Source of the DNA: Granulicella sp.
GTDB taxonomy: Bacteria; Acidobacteriota; Terriglobia; Terriglobales; Acidobacteriaceae
Assembly (NCBI GenBank): GCA_003162875.1
Contig: PLUT01000344.1
Span: forward strand, 1 to 58,653
Length of the DNA: 58,653 bases
Direction: 5' to 3'
Below, one piece after another: positions 29,756 through 40,014 of this stretch (its first letter is position 1; the number at the start of each line of letters is the position of its first letter). The notes beneath the pieces were generated by a model. The model ran no database searches. It was given only the letters and a program-made list of their open reading frames with translations, and had not been told where the DNA came from. The position numbers and the translations under genes were made by a program.

Positions 29756-31257
29756 GCGGCGAATTCGTGCTGGCCATCGATCAGGGCACAACCAACACCA
29801 AGGCCCTGCTGGTTGGGCGGGATGGGCAGCCCGCGTTTCGCGCTTCAGTCCCAGTAAGCATTCGGAGCCCTCAACCCGGCTGGGTAGAGCAAGATGCCAT
29901 CGAGCTCTGGGAAAGCGTCGTGAACGCGGTCGCCCAGTGTCTTACCTGGACCACAGAGCGCGGGTCGAGCGTAGCCGGCGTAGCCATCTCCAACCAGCGC
30001 GAGACGATCGTGGCATGGCATCGCGCTACAAGCGTCCCTCTCGCGCCCGCCATCCTATGGCAGTGTCGGAGGTCGGCAGCTATCTGCGACGAGTTGAAGG
30101 CGCAGAGCCACGAGTCGATGCTGCGGGAACGCACCGGCCTTGGCATCGACCCACTTTTCTCCGCGAGCAAGATGCGGTGGCTACTTGAGAAGGTGCCTGG
30201 ACTGCGCGAGCAGGCACACGCCGGCGAGGTTTGTTTTGGCACCGTCGACAGTTGGCTGATCTGGAAGTTGACCAACGGCGCCATCCATGCCTGCGATGTG
30301 TCCAATGCTTCGCGTACACAATTGCTCAATCTAAGAACTGCTGAGTGGGATGACCAACTGCTTGCGCTGTTTGAGATACCTCGCGCGGCGTTACCTGCGG
30401 TAAGAGCGTCAAGCAATCTGTTCGGAGAGTGCTCCGGTCTGGATGAACTCCGCAACGTGCCGCTGGTCAGCGCGATCGGCGATTCGCACGCTGCCATGGC
30501 GGGACAGGGCTGCTTTGTTGCCGGAACGGTGAAGGCAACCTATGGGACCGGCTCCTCTCTGATGACCTTGCTACCCGATCTTCCCCGGACAATCGGGCAA
30601 TCGAAACTCGCGACCACGATTGCCTGGGGCTTGTCGGGAGTTGGCGTTCAATACGCGCTGGAAGGCAACATCTCGATGGCTGGGGCTGCCGTGCAATGGG
30701 TGGGCGAGTTCCTGGGCCTCGGAGATCCCGTAGAGGACGCTGCGAAACTCGCGGCAGGTGTCCGCGACAGCGATGGAATATTCTTTGTGCCGGCGATGGT
30801 TGGCCTCGGCGCACCCCACTGGGACAATCGTGCCCGTGGAACCATAACTGGCCTGGGCCGTACCACCCGGGCTGCGCATCTTGCACACGCCGCGATTGAG
30901 GCAATTGCATTCCAAGTACGAGACGTCTTTGATGCAATGGTGGATGAGTCGCACTGTGAGTTGCCTGTCTTGCGCGCGGACGGCGGAGCCACGCGTAACG
31001 ATTGGCTCATGCAATTCCAGGCTGACATTCTCGGGCGGCCCGTTGTGCGCTCGGGGCTTGAAGATCTCTCTGCGCTGGGAGCGGCCACGCTGGGCGGCCT
31101 GACGCTCGGTTGGTGGCACTCCCATGCGGATCTGGCGGCGTTGCCGTCGGAGACCATGATCTTTTCTCCGCGGATGCAATCGGGAGAACGCGAAAATCGC
31201 TACCTTGGTTGGAAGCTCGCAGTGCGGCGGGCACGCCTTCAGGAGACTCAGCCATGA
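29752..31257 (+). CDS. FGGY-family carbohydrate kinase, glycerol-kinase-like (candidate apulose kinase)
   Basis: Motifs AIDQGTT, ISNQRET, GTVDSWL, DVSNASRT, KATYGTG and DGGA. ATGA overlap. Confidence 0.88.
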   Translation: MSGEFVLAIDQGTTNTKALLVGRDGQPAFRASVPVSIRSPQPGWVEQDAIELWESVVNAVAQCLTWTTERGSSVAGVAISNQRETIVAWHRATSVPLAPAILWQCRRSAAICDELKAQSHESMLRERTGLGIDPLFSASKMRWLLEKVPGLREQAHAGEVCFGTVDSWLIWKLTNGAIHACDVSNASRTQLLNLRTAEWDDQLLALFEIPRAALPAVRASSNLFGECSGLDELRNVPLVSAIGDSHAAMAGQGCFVAGTVKATYGTGSSLMTLLPDLPRTIGQSKLATTIAWGLSGVGVQYALEGNISMAGAAVQWVGEFLGLGDPVEDAAKLAAGVRDSDGIFFVPAMVGLGAPHWDNRARGTITGLGRTTRAAHLAHAAIEAIAFQVRDVFDAMVDESHCELPVLRADGGATRNDWLMQFQADILGRPVVRSGLEDLSALGAATLGGLTLGWWHSHADLAALPSETMIFSPRMQSGERENRYLGWKLAVRRARLQETQP

Positions 31258-32804
31258 CCGCGACGCCTCAGGACAGCAGTCCTCAGATTGTCCTCGAAGC
31301 ACTGGGCATGACCAAGATGTACGGCGCGCAGATTGCCTTGAAGGACGTTACGTTCCGCGTACGGCGCTGTGCAGTGAATGTCCTGATCGGCGAGAACGGC
31401 GCGGGCAAGTCCACCCTGATGCGCCTGCTCGCTGGAGCTGAACAGGCTTCCGCGGGAGAGATTGTGATGGACGGTCATGTCCTCCATCTCCGCTCTCCTC
31501 GAGATGCAGCCGCAGCAGGAATCGAAATCGTTCACCAGGAGCTCTCCGTACTCGACAACCTGAATGTGGCAGAAAACATCTTTGCCGGACGCGAACTGGT
31601 GCATGCCGGAATTCTGGTCGACCAGGTAAATGAGGAAGAGCGGAGCGGTCGTGCTCTCAGTAATATCGGCATGCCGATGGATGTTCAGGCGATGCAGTTC
31701 CCTGCGGACAAGCTCTCCCTCGGCTGTAGGCAGTTGGTGGAATTGGCTCGCTCCCTGGCGCACCAGGCGAAGATTCTCATTCTCGATGAGCCAACCTCCG
31801 CGCTCAGTTCGGCTGAGTCTTCTGTGCTCTTTCGCGTGATCGAGGACTTGAAATCGCGTGGCGTCGCTATCATCTACATCTCGCATCGTTTGCATGAGCT
31901 GTTGTATCTAGGAGACTACTTCACCGTGCTGCGGGATGGCCGGGTTGTTGGCGAAGGGAAACGCGGTCAGGTCGATCGCACCTGGATTGTGGAACGCATG
32001 AGCGGTCGAAGTCCAGGCGCGGCAGTTGCAACCCGCATTCGATTGCAGCCCACCGAACCTGTGCTTGAAGTCGCGAATCTAAGCTCGCACCAGCAAGGGC
32101 GTCCCGCCGTCAACGGAGTAAGTTTTTCGATTGGAAAAGGCGAAGTGGTAGGCATCTACGGCCTGCTTGGAAGTGGGCGCACGGAGTTAATGGAGGCTCT
32201 GGCGGGACTTCGAAAGCCCGAAACCGGCGTAGTCAAGCTGTGCGGCAATCGCGTGACCCTCGATAACGTAGCCACAACGATTCGCGCAGGAATCACGCTG
32301 GCGCCGGAGGACAGGCAGAAGGACGGCCTCGTCCCGGACCTCTCCATACGCGAAAACATTAGCCTTGCTTCGCTGACGGAGTTCTCGCGGCACGGCTTCC
32401 TCGCGCGAGGCGATGAGGCCGCTAGGGCGAAGGAATCAGCGGCACAGGTACAGATTTCCGCTTTTGACCTGGAACTTCCTGTCACTACATTGAGTGGGGG
32501 AAACCAGCAAAAAGTAGTGTTAGCACGGTGTCTCATGCGGCGCCCGTTCGTTCTGTTGCTGGATGAACCTACTCGTGGCGTGGATGTGAGAGCGAAGGCA
32601 GACATCTATGCCGTATTGCGCGAGCTCGCCGAAAAGGGGCTGAGCATTCTGTTCACCTCATCGGAGATGGAAGAGACGCATTTGCTCGCGGACCGCGTGC
32701 TGGTGATGGCACGCGGAAGCATCTCGGCAGAATTCGCAGCCGCTGCGCTCACAGATGAAGCCCTGTTCGCGGCGGCGAGTCCCGCCCTGGAGGCACAGGC
32801 ATGA
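31254..32804 (+). CDS. Monosaccharide ABC transporter ATP-binding protein (RbsA-like)
   Basis: Two NBDs: GENGAGKST, ILDEPT, YISHR and LSGGNQQK, LLDEPTRG. Start 31254 overlaps the kinase stop. Confidence 0.92.
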   Translation: MTATPQDSSPQIVLEALGMTKMYGAQIALKDVTFRVRRCAVNVLIGENGAGKSTLMRLLAGAEQASAGEIVMDGHVLHLRSPRDAAAAGIEIVHQELSVLDNLNVAENIFAGRELVHAGILVDQVNEEERSGRALSNIGMPMDVQAMQFPADKLSLGCRQLVELARSLAHQAKILILDEPTSALSSAESSVLFRVIEDLKSRGVAIIYISHRLHELLYLGDYFTVLRDGRVVGEGKRGQVDRTWIVERMSGRSPGAAVATRIRLQPTEPVLEVANLSSHQQGRPAVNGVSFSIGKGEVVGIYGLLGSGRTELMEALAGLRKPETGVVKLCGNRVTLDNVATTIRAGITLAPEDRQKDGLVPDLSIRENISLASLTEFSRHGFLARGDEAARAKESAAQVQISAFDLELPVTTLSGGNQQKVVLARCLMRRPFVLLLDEPTRGVDVRAKADIYAVLRELAEKGLSILFTSSEMEETHLLADRVLVMARGSISAEFAAAALTDEALFAAASPALEAQA

Positions 32805-33841
32805 GGAAGATAGGGTGGGCTGATGCGGTGCTCCTTCTGCTCAAGTTGCGTGCAGTGCTGGTTCTGGTGGCATTGCTGATCCTGTTCTCCGTGCTGACGC
32901 CGAACTTCCTGACGGCAAACAATCTCTCGATCCTCGCCAAGCATGTGGCCATCAGTGCATTGCTGGCGGTGGGGATGACCTTCGTTGTGCTCGCCGGCGG
33001 CATCGACCTGTCCGTGGGATCGGTGGCAGGACTCTCCGGCATGGTGGCCGGCGGTCTTCTGACGGTTGGGTTTTACGGCCACGCGTCCGGCGCTGCCGTA
33101 GCCGTTCTCATTGCCCTGCTCGTCAGTTGCCTGGTCGGCCTGCTGAATGGAGTGATGGTCACGCGCCTTGGGGTAGCGCCCTTTATTGCTACTCTGGGCA
33201 CGCTGTACATCGCCCGTGGAGCGGCTCTGTTGCTGTCGCACGGTGCTGCGTTTCCGAATCTTGGGGGCAGCACGGGACAGAACTCCGGATTTTTACGGAT
33301 CGGGCAGAGCTTCCTGTTTGGAATCCCGTCGCCAGTATGGATGATGGCGCTCATCGCCGCAATCACCGCACTGATCGCGCGGCGCACGCCATTCGGGCGC
33401 CACGTTTACGCGGTTGGCGGCAACGAGCGCGCAGCGCGGCTATCGGGCATCCAAGTGGAGCGCGTCCGGATCATCACCTATGTCTTCTCCAGCCTCTGCG
33501 CCGGGCTGGTAGGGCTGGTGATTGCGTCGCAGTTGGAATCGGCTCACCCCGCCACCGGCGAAAGCTTCGAGTTGAATGCAATTGCCGCAGTCGTCCTGGG
33601 GGGCACATCGCTGATGGGTGGCCGCGGCTCCATCGGTGGATCGCTCATTGGAGCATTCGTCATCGGCGTCCTGGCCGATGGCCTCGTAATGATGGGCGTC
33701 TCGGAGTTCTGGCAGATTGTGATCAAGGGCGTCGTGATCGTACTTGCGGTCACGGTGGACCAGCTCCAGCTACGCTTGCAGACGCGGCTGATGCCGGCTC
33801 TGCTGATCAGCCGCGCCAGCCTGGGAAAGGTAAAGATTTGA
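32801..33841 (+). CDS. Monosaccharide ABC transporter permease (RbsC-like)
   Basis: Motifs GGIDLSVGS, PFIATLG, YAVGGNERAARLSGI and ELNAIAAVVLGGTSL.GG.G. Confidence 0.92.
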   Translation: MRKIGWADAVLLLLKLRAVLVLVALLILFSVLTPNFLTANNLSILAKHVAISALLAVGMTFVVLAGGIDLSVGSVAGLSGMVAGGLLTVGFYGHASGAAVAVLIALLVSCLVGLLNGVMVTRLGVAPFIATLGTLYIARGAALLLSHGAAFPNLGGSTGQNSGFLRIGQSFLFGIPSPVWMMALIAAITALIARRTPFGRHVYAVGGNERAARLSGIQVERVRIITYVFSSLCAGLVGLVIASQLESAHPATGESFELNAIAAVVLGGTSLMGGRGSIGGSLIGAFVIGVLADGLVMMGVSEFWQIVIKGVVIVLAVTVDQLQLRLQTRLMPALLISRASLGKVKI

Positions 33842-34773
33842 GGTTTACACACTTCATACCGCTGGCCTGCTCGCTGGCAATGCTGGCTGGATGCCGCGCG
33901 CCGGACCGTCGGCTTCTTGTCGTGGTCCTTGTGCCCTCGCAGGACAATCCATTTTTCAAAGCCGAGGCCGATGCTGCGGCAGCACGCGCGTTGGAACTCG
34001 GATATCGCGTTCGCGTCGATGCCCACAATGACGATGCCTACCGGCAGGACAATCTTGTCGATGCGGCCATCGCCAGCAATGCAGCCGTTCTTATTCTGGA
34101 CAATGCGGGCGCTGACTCTTCCGTTTCGGCTGTCCGCCGTGCGGCCAGGGCAGGCATCAAGTGCTTCCTCATCGACCGAGCCATCAACGTCACCGGGCTT
34201 GCGAAGGCGCAGATTCTCAGCGATAACGATCAAGGCGCACAGTTGGTGGCTGCTGAATTTGCGCGCGCGCTCGGCCGCAAGGGCGATTACGTCGAACTGC
34301 TCGGCCGCGAGAGTGACACAAATGCCAGGGTCAGGACCAAGGGTTTTCACGCCGTGCTCGATACGCTTCCACGGATGAAGATGGTATCCGCCCAGAGTGC
34401 GAACTGGAGCCAGGCTGAAGCGTTTTCAAAGACCGAAACCATGTTGCAGGCGCACGGGGAGATCTTCGGAATCATCGCCGGAAACGACACCATGGCGCTG
34501 GGTGCTGCCGCTGCCGTGAAGAGCGCGGGGCTGAAGGGGATCGTAATCGTCGGCTTCGACGGCAGCCCCGATGCCATCGCCGCAATCAGTTCCGGGGAAC
34601 TGGAGGCAACCACACTACAACCTGCGGTTCTGATCTCCCGCCTAGCCATGGACGAGGCGGATCAGATGATCAAGACAGGCACAACTGGCAAGCCGGAGTT
34701 GCAAATCATCCCATGCGAATTGGTGACGAAGGCAAATGCCGGCGCTTATCGGAATTTTGAGCGGATTCAATAA
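33838..34773 (+). CDS. ABC transporter sugar-binding lipoprotein, D-ribose/D-apiose-binding type
   Basis: TTG start overlaps the permease stop. Lipobox LAGC. Motifs PSQDNPFFKAEA, LDNAGAD, FLIDR, GRESDTNA, QSANWS and GNDTMA match apiose/ribose-binding proteins as I recall them. Confidence 0.85.
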   Translation: MRFTHFIPLACSLAMLAGCRAPDRRLLVVVLVPSQDNPFFKAEADAAAARALELGYRVRVDAHNDDAYRQDNLVDAAIASNAAVLILDNAGADSSVSAVRRAARAGIKCFLIDRAINVTGLAKAQILSDNDQGAQLVAAEFARALGRKGDYVELLGRESDTNARVRTKGFHAVLDTLPRMKMVSAQSANWSQAEAFSKTETMLQAHGEIFGIIAGNDTMALGAAAAVKSAGLKGIVIVGFDGSPDAIAAISSGELEATTLQPAVLISRLAMDEADQMIKTGTTGKPELQIIPCELVTKANAGAYRNFERIQ

Positions 34774-34783
34774 GGAGTAGGCG

Positions 34784-36199
34784 ATGGCTGGAATAAAGGG
34801 CATGACACTGGGTGTGATCTTCGGAAACCGGGACTTTTTTTCCGACGGGCTCGTCTCGGAAGCGCGCCGCGATTTGACACAGGTGCTATCGGAATTAGGC
34901 ATCGAAATGATTGCATTGACCCCGGAGCAGACCAAGCGTGGCGCAGTGGAAACGTGGCAGGACGCCGTCCTTTGCGGGCAGATGTTGAGCTCGCAGAAAC
35001 AGTGCATCGATGGTGTGCTCGTCTGCCTGCCTAACTTCGGCGACGAAAAGGGTATTGCCGATTCGCTGCGGCTGAGTGAGTTGACCTGTCCGATTCTTGT
35101 ACAGGCTTGCCCGGATGACCTCGATCAGTTCGGCCTGGAACGGCGGCGCGATGCCTTCTGCGGAAAGATTTCGGTCTGCAACAACCTGCGCCAATACGGA
35201 ATGAAGTTCTCACTGACACGGGATCACACAGTTGCGATCAGGTCAGAGCGCTTCAAGGAAGACCTCCTCGAGTTTCTGTCGACGTGCCGCGTAGTCAAGG
35301 GACTTCGACGGGTCCGAATAGGCGCCGTTGGTGCCAGACCAAACGCGTTCAACACCACGCGGTACAGTGAAAAGTTGCTGGAAGCGGCAGGAATCAGCGT
35401 TAACACCATCGACCTGTCCGAGGTATTTGGAAGGGCCGCCGCAATCGAAGACTCCGACCCGCGCGTGAAGCAGCGGATCGAACTGATTCGAGCCTATGCC
35501 GATAGCTCGGCTGCGCCCGAAGACAGCCTGTTGCGCATGGCAAAGTTCGCCCTCGTGACCGATGAATGGATGAACGACCTGGGACTTCAGGCGACGGCGA
35601 TCCAGTGCTGGAGCAGTATGCAAAAGAACTATCACGTCAACGTCTGCACAATTATGAGCATGATGAGCGAGCAAATGATGCCGAGCGCCTGCGAAGTGGA
35701 CATTGCTGGAGTCATCAGCATGTATGCCCTGCAACTCGCGAGTGGAAGGCCGAGCGCGCTCGTGGACTGGAACAACAACTATGGAAGCGACGAAAACAAA
35801 TGTGTCTTCTTCCACTGCGGCAACTGGGCGAAGGACTTTCTGCCCGATATCCGAATCGGCACCGCTCCAATTCTTGGAACGGTGCTGGGGGAGGCAAACA
35901 CAGTTGGCGCTCTGGCCGGCCGCACCCCGGCGGGGCCGGTGACCTTCGGCCGCATCGGTACGGACGATCTCACCGGAAGCATTCGCGCCTATGTTGGCGA
36001 GGGTAACTTCACCGACGATCCTCTCGACACCTTCGGAACCAAGGCTGTAGTGCAGATCCCGCAGCTTCCCGATCTGATGCGGTATATCTGCCGCAACGGA
36101 TTCGAACACCACGCAGCCATGACCGGCGCGCATTGTGCCGCGGCAGTAACGGAAGGGCTGGGAAACTACCTTGGTTGGAATGTTCTGCGCCACGCATAA
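34784..36199 (+). CDS. L-fucose/L-arabinose isomerase family protein
   Basis: Motifs LPNFGDE, RRDAFCGK, AIQCW, ACEVD, FHCGN and GFEHH. RBS AAGGAG. Confidence 0.85.
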   Translation: MAGIKGMTLGVIFGNRDFFSDGLVSEARRDLTQVLSELGIEMIALTPEQTKRGAVETWQDAVLCGQMLSSQKQCIDGVLVCLPNFGDEKGIADSLRLSELTCPILVQACPDDLDQFGLERRRDAFCGKISVCNNLRQYGMKFSLTRDHTVAIRSERFKEDLLEFLSTCRVVKGLRRVRIGAVGARPNAFNTTRYSEKLLEAAGISVNTIDLSEVFGRAAAIEDSDPRVKQRIELIRAYADSSAAPEDSLLRMAKFALVTDEWMNDLGLQATAIQCWSSMQKNYHVNVCTIMSMMSEQMMPSACEVDIAGVISMYALQLASGRPSALVDWNNNYGSDENKCVFFHCGNWAKDFLPDIRIGTAPILGTVLGEANTVGALAGRTPAGPVTFGRIGTDDLTGSIRAYVGEGNFTDDPLDTFGTKAVVQIPQLPDLMRYICRNGFEHHAAMTGAHCAAAVTEGLGNYLGWNVLRHA

Positions 36200-36227
36200 A
36201 TGGACCATACAAGAGTGGAGGGAACCA

Positions 36228-37448
36228 ATGCCGACCGGGCAGCGCTCGATCATGCGAACTCTAACTTTCTTTCAACCCCAGCGCCTTGTCTTCGGCTGCG
36301 GCTGCCTGGCCGAATGTCTCGCCTATCTCAAAAGCCTTGCACCGGCGCATCTCTTCATTCTCACGAGTGGCCCGCTGGCCTCGACGGCCTCTTCCCTTCA
36401 AACCGAGCTCGGTCGCGCGGGTGTCTCCGCTTCAGTCGAAGCCGGAATTGAAGGCGAGCCCACCATCGCCGACTTCGAAGCAGTAACCGAGCGGGCCAGG
36501 CGGGCCGGTGCCACGTGCATCCTGGGACTCGGCGGTGGCAGTGTCCTGGACGTGGCCAAACTGGTAGCCGCGTTCGTCAATGGAAGCCAGTCCATCAACG
36601 AGACGTTCGGGATTGGTCTGCTCCATGGACGGGCATGTCATCTCGTTTGCATGCCGACAACATCCGGAACCGGAAGTGAAGTCTCGCCGAATGCGATCCT
36701 GCTGGATGAATCCGCCAAGCTGAAGAAAGCGGTAATCAGCCCGCACCTTGTCCCGGACGCGACGTTCATCGATCCCGAGTTGACCATTAGTGTGCCCACG
36801 GCAGTCACAGCGGCGACGGGTCTGGATGCGCTCGCCCACTGCGTCGAAGCCTACACGAATAAGTTCGCTCATCCACTGGTCGATCTCTATGCGCTGGAAG
36901 GGATTGCTCTGTGCGGGCGCTTCCTGTTGCGGGCCGTCCAATCTCCAGCCGATATGGAAGCCCGCGAAGGTATGTCCCTCGCGGGTCTCTACGGTGGTCT
37001 CTGTCTCGGACCGGTGAATACTGCGGCCGGTCACGCCCTCGCCTATCCCTTGGGCGCGGAGTACCACATCGCGCACGGCCTTTCAGTCGCGCTGGTCCAG
37101 CCGCATGTCTTCCGGTTCAACGCAGAAGCAACTCCCGAACGGCATGCCGCAGTCGCGCGGGCTCTCGGAGTAGCCGATCGCCCCGACAGCTTGGAGACGG
37201 CCCTTGCGGGAGCGCGGGCAATTGAGCAACTAACGAAAGATTGCGGCCTCGACTCTCACCTCGGCGCCTACGGGGTCAAGCCGGACGACATCCCTGCGCT
37301 GGCAGCCTCCGCGATGACCGTAACTCGCCTGCTGCGAAACAATCCGCAGCCTGTGACGGAAGCGGACTGCGTCCAGATCTACCGGGATTGCTTTCGTCCG
37401 AATGCTGCTCCGCAACTCCACGCCGCGCGATGCCGCCCTGAAGGATGA
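36228..37448 (+). CDS. Iron-containing alcohol dehydrogenase
   Basis: Motifs GLGGGSVLDVAK, PTTSGTGSE, DALAHCVEAY, GHALAY and HG (metal ligands). Start 36228 or 36252. Confidence 0.9.
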   Translation: MPTGQRSIMRTLTFFQPQRLVFGCGCLAECLAYLKSLAPAHLFILTSGPLASTASSLQTELGRAGVSASVEAGIEGEPTIADFEAVTERARRAGATCILGLGGGSVLDVAKLVAAFVNGSQSINETFGIGLLHGRACHLVCMPTTSGTGSEVSPNAILLDESAKLKKAVISPHLVPDATFIDPELTISVPTAVTAATGLDALAHCVEAYTNKFAHPLVDLYALEGIALCGRFLLRAVQSPADMEAREGMSLAGLYGGLCLGPVNTAAGHALAYPLGAEYHIAHGLSVALVQPHVFRFNAEATPERHAAVARALGVADRPDSLETALAGARAIEQLTKDCGLDSHLGAYGVKPDDIPALAASAMTVTRLLRNNPQPVTEADCVQIYRDCFRPNAAPQLHAARCRPEG

Positions 37449-37580
37449 TGCCGAACGATGTTGGCGGAGCAGTCCGGCTAGGCGTGCGGCGAGGTCGCGA
37501 AGAAGACGAGCGCGGCGAGGCCTAAAACGTGGAATTCTCCACGGCGACAAGTTAGCAGAGGACGGGGTAGCTTGATAGGC

Positions 37581-39968
37581 ATGAAGATACGGTTGCTGTC
37601 GGCAGTTTGGGTAGTGGTCGGGTTAATCGGCTCGGGCTGGGCGCAGGGTGGCGCGCAGGAGGGGTGGACGGGACGGTGGATCGGGGCGCCGTGGAGCACG
37701 TCGCGGGATGGGGCGGAGACGGACGGGAGCCGGCCGATGCCGGTGTTCCGGCGGGAGTTTGTGGTGAGGAGCAAGGTGACGCGGGCCGAGTTGCGGATTG
37801 CGGGGCTGGGGCAGTTCGAGGCGCGGCTGGATGGGCACGCGGTGGGAAGGCCTGGGCTGCACCAGGCCTGGACGGACTACCGCAAGACGGTGGCGTATGA
37901 GAGCTATGACATGACCGGAGCGATGTCGCCTGGGAGCCACGCGTTGGGCGTGATGCTGGGGAATGGCATGTACAACGTGCAACGCAGCGTGCTGGCAAAC
38001 GACAAGGCACGGTATACGAAGTTCGAAGGGAGCTTTGGGGCGCCGAAGCTAATTGCGGAGCTTCAGCTGACCTATTCCGATGGGCGAAAAGAGGTCGTAG
38101 GGACGGACGCGGGATGGCGGGTGGCGCGCGGGCCGGTGGTATTCAGTTCGGCATATGGCGGGGAGGACTACGACGGGCGGATAGAGGAGCGGGGGTGGGA
38201 CCGGACCGGGTTTAGGGACGGGGGTTGGGTTGCTGCGGCGGTGGTTCAGGGGCCGGGGGGGCGCCTGCTGCCGGCGTTGGCTCCGGAGGTGGAAGAGCGT
38301 GAAGTTTATGTGCCGGTAAAGACGACGGACGCGGGGCAGGGGCGGGTGGTGTACGACCTGGGGCAGAATTTTGCTGGGGTGATCCGGGTGAAGGTGCGCG
38401 GGCCGCGAGGAGCGGCGCTGCGGCTGACGCCTGGCGAGTTGCTCAATCCAGATGGGTCGGTGTCACAGGCCAGCTCTGGCGGACCGATGTGGTGGACGTA
38501 CACGCTGGCGGGCGGCGACGGTGGGGAGAGCTGGGAGCCGCGATTTGGCTATTACGGGTTCCGATATGTGCAGGCGGAGTGGGTGGACGGGGCCTCGGGG
38601 AAGCTGGATGAGATGCGCGGAGTGGCGTGGAGTTCGGGGTCGAAGGGAGTGGGGAGCTTTGCGAGTTCGAACGAGTTGCTGAACCGCATTCATGGATTGA
38701 TTGTGAATGCGATGCGGAACAACGAGGTGAGCCTGTTCACCGACTGTCCTCACCGGGAGAAGCTGGGGTGGCTGGAAGAGACGCATCTGGTGGCGGCGGG
38801 GCTGATGTTCAACGAAGATCTGGAGGGGCTGTACGAGGCGACGGAGCGGAATATCGAGGATGCGCAGGGTACGGATGGAATGGTCCCGACGATTGCGCCG
38901 CAGTATACGAAGTTCGGGCCGAAGTACGCGATCTATGACAACTCACCTGAGTGGGGAAGCGCCGCGGTGCTGGGGCAATGGGCAGCGTTCCGGTTCTATG
39001 GGGATACTGCGGAGCTGAAACGAAGCTATCCGGTGATGCAGCGGTATGTGGCTTATCTGGAAGGCACGGCGAAGGATGGGATTGTGGCTTACGGTTTAGG
39101 GGACTGGTACGACATCGGACCGGGAGGGCCAGGGTTTGAGAAGAATACGACGCTGGGAGTGACGGGGACGCTGATGCTTTACGAGGATGCTGCGGCGATG
39201 GGGCAGATTGCGCGGTTGCTGGGTTTTGCGGCCGATGCGGCGGGGTATGAGGCGATGGCGCGGCGGGAGGCGGAGGCGTTCAACCAGCGTTTCTGGGATC
39301 CGGAGCATGGGTGGTACGACACAGGAAGCCAGACGGCGAATGCGATGCCTCTGGCGCTGGGGATTGTGCCGGAGGAGCGGCGCCCAAGAGTGCTGGCGCA
39401 TGTGATCGAGGACATCCATGCGCATCAGGGTCATGTGACGACGGGAGAGGTGGGGTATCCGTACCTGCTGCGAGCGCTGATGGCAGCTGGGCGCGATGAC
39501 GTGGTGATGGCGATGATGATGCGGAAGGACCCTCCGAGCTATGGGTCGCAACTGGCGGCGGGCGCGACCTCGCTGACCGAAGCGTGGGATGCGAACCCGA
39601 AGAGCAGCCAGGATCACTTCATGCTCGGGGCCGCGGAGGAGTGGTTTTATCGCGGGCTGGGGGGGATTGGGGTGGATCTGTCGAAGACGGGGGCCGAGCG
39701 AATTGTTCTGCGGCCGAGAGTGGTTGCGGATGTGGCCTGGGTGAAGTGCGGGTTTGATTCGCGGCTGGGGAAGGTAGAGAGTGACTGGAAGAGGAAGGGG
39801 GATCAGGTGGCGTTTGAGGTGACGGTGCCGGTGGAGGCGACCGTGGAGCTGCCGGACGGGCGGCGTGAGACGGTTGGAGCGGGGATGCACCGGTTTGTGG
39901 TGAAGGATGATCCGACTATTCGCCACACTGCTGTTGAGGGTCGCGACGGCGTTGCCCACGCTCCTTGA
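37581..39968 (+). CDS. Alpha-L-rhamnosidase, GH78
   Basis: Signal peptide. Motifs WTDYRKTV.Y, YGGEDYD, YDLGQNFAG, GFRYVQ, TDCPHREKLGW, GATSL.EAW and SQDHFM. Confidence 0.88.
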   Translation: MKIRLLSAVWVVVGLIGSGWAQGGAQEGWTGRWIGAPWSTSRDGAETDGSRPMPVFRREFVVRSKVTRAELRIAGLGQFEARLDGHAVGRPGLHQAWTDYRKTVAYESYDMTGAMSPGSHALGVMLGNGMYNVQRSVLANDKARYTKFEGSFGAPKLIAELQLTYSDGRKEVVGTDAGWRVARGPVVFSSAYGGEDYDGRIEERGWDRTGFRDGGWVAAAVVQGPGGRLLPALAPEVEEREVYVPVKTTDAGQGRVVYDLGQNFAGVIRVKVRGPRGAALRLTPGELLNPDGSVSQASSGGPMWWTYTLAGGDGGESWEPRFGYYGFRYVQAEWVDGASGKLDEMRGVAWSSGSKGVGSFASSNELLNRIHGLIVNAMRNNEVSLFTDCPHREKLGWLEETHLVAAGLMFNEDLEGLYEATERNIEDAQGTDGMVPTIAPQYTKFGPKYAIYDNSPEWGSAAVLGQWAAFRFYGDTAELKRSYPVMQRYVAYLEGTAKDGIVAYGLGDWYDIGPGGPGFEKNTTLGVTGTLMLYEDAAAMGQIARLLGFAADAAGYEAMARREAEAFNQRFWDPEHGWYDTGSQTANAMPLALGIVPEERRPRVLAHVIEDIHAHQGHVTTGEVGYPYLLRALMAAGRDDVVMAMMMRKDPPSYGSQLAAGATSLTEAWDANPKSSQDHFMLGAAEEWFYRGLGGIGVDLSKTGAERIVLRPRVVADVAWVKCGFDSRLGKVESDWKRKGDQVAFEVTVPVEATVELPDGRRETVGAGMHRFVVKDDPTIRHTAVEGRDGVAHAP

Positions 39969-39980
39969 AATGCGTATAAG
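39952..39980 (+). promoter_or_regulatory. Sigma70-like promoter TTGCCC-N17-TATAAG upstream of the third GH78 gene
   Basis: Canonical spacing. Shares TGCGTATAAGG with 24543-24553. Confidence 0.5.
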
Positions 39981-40014
39981 GGGACCTATTCCAATGGGGA
40001 AAGAGCGGATTGCG

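Noticed and set aside
29752-31257. Housekeeping glycerol kinase glpK
   Set aside because: It diverges at glycerol-kinase motifs (WQCRR, GDSHAA rather than WQDRR, GDQQAA) and is embedded in a transketolase/ABC operon typical of apiose-type catabolism.
33127-33837. 237-aa N-terminal extension of the sugar-binding protein, or a permease fusion
   Set aside because: It overlaps the permease in another frame and is low-complexity. A TTG at 33838 gives a normal lipoprotein signal overlapping the permease stop.
37528-37543. Additional regulon operator upstream of GH78 (CGTGGA-ATTC-TCCACG)
   Set aside because: It is a real inverted repeat, but the half-sites are in the opposite arrangement to TTCCR-N5-YGGAA, so it was not counted.
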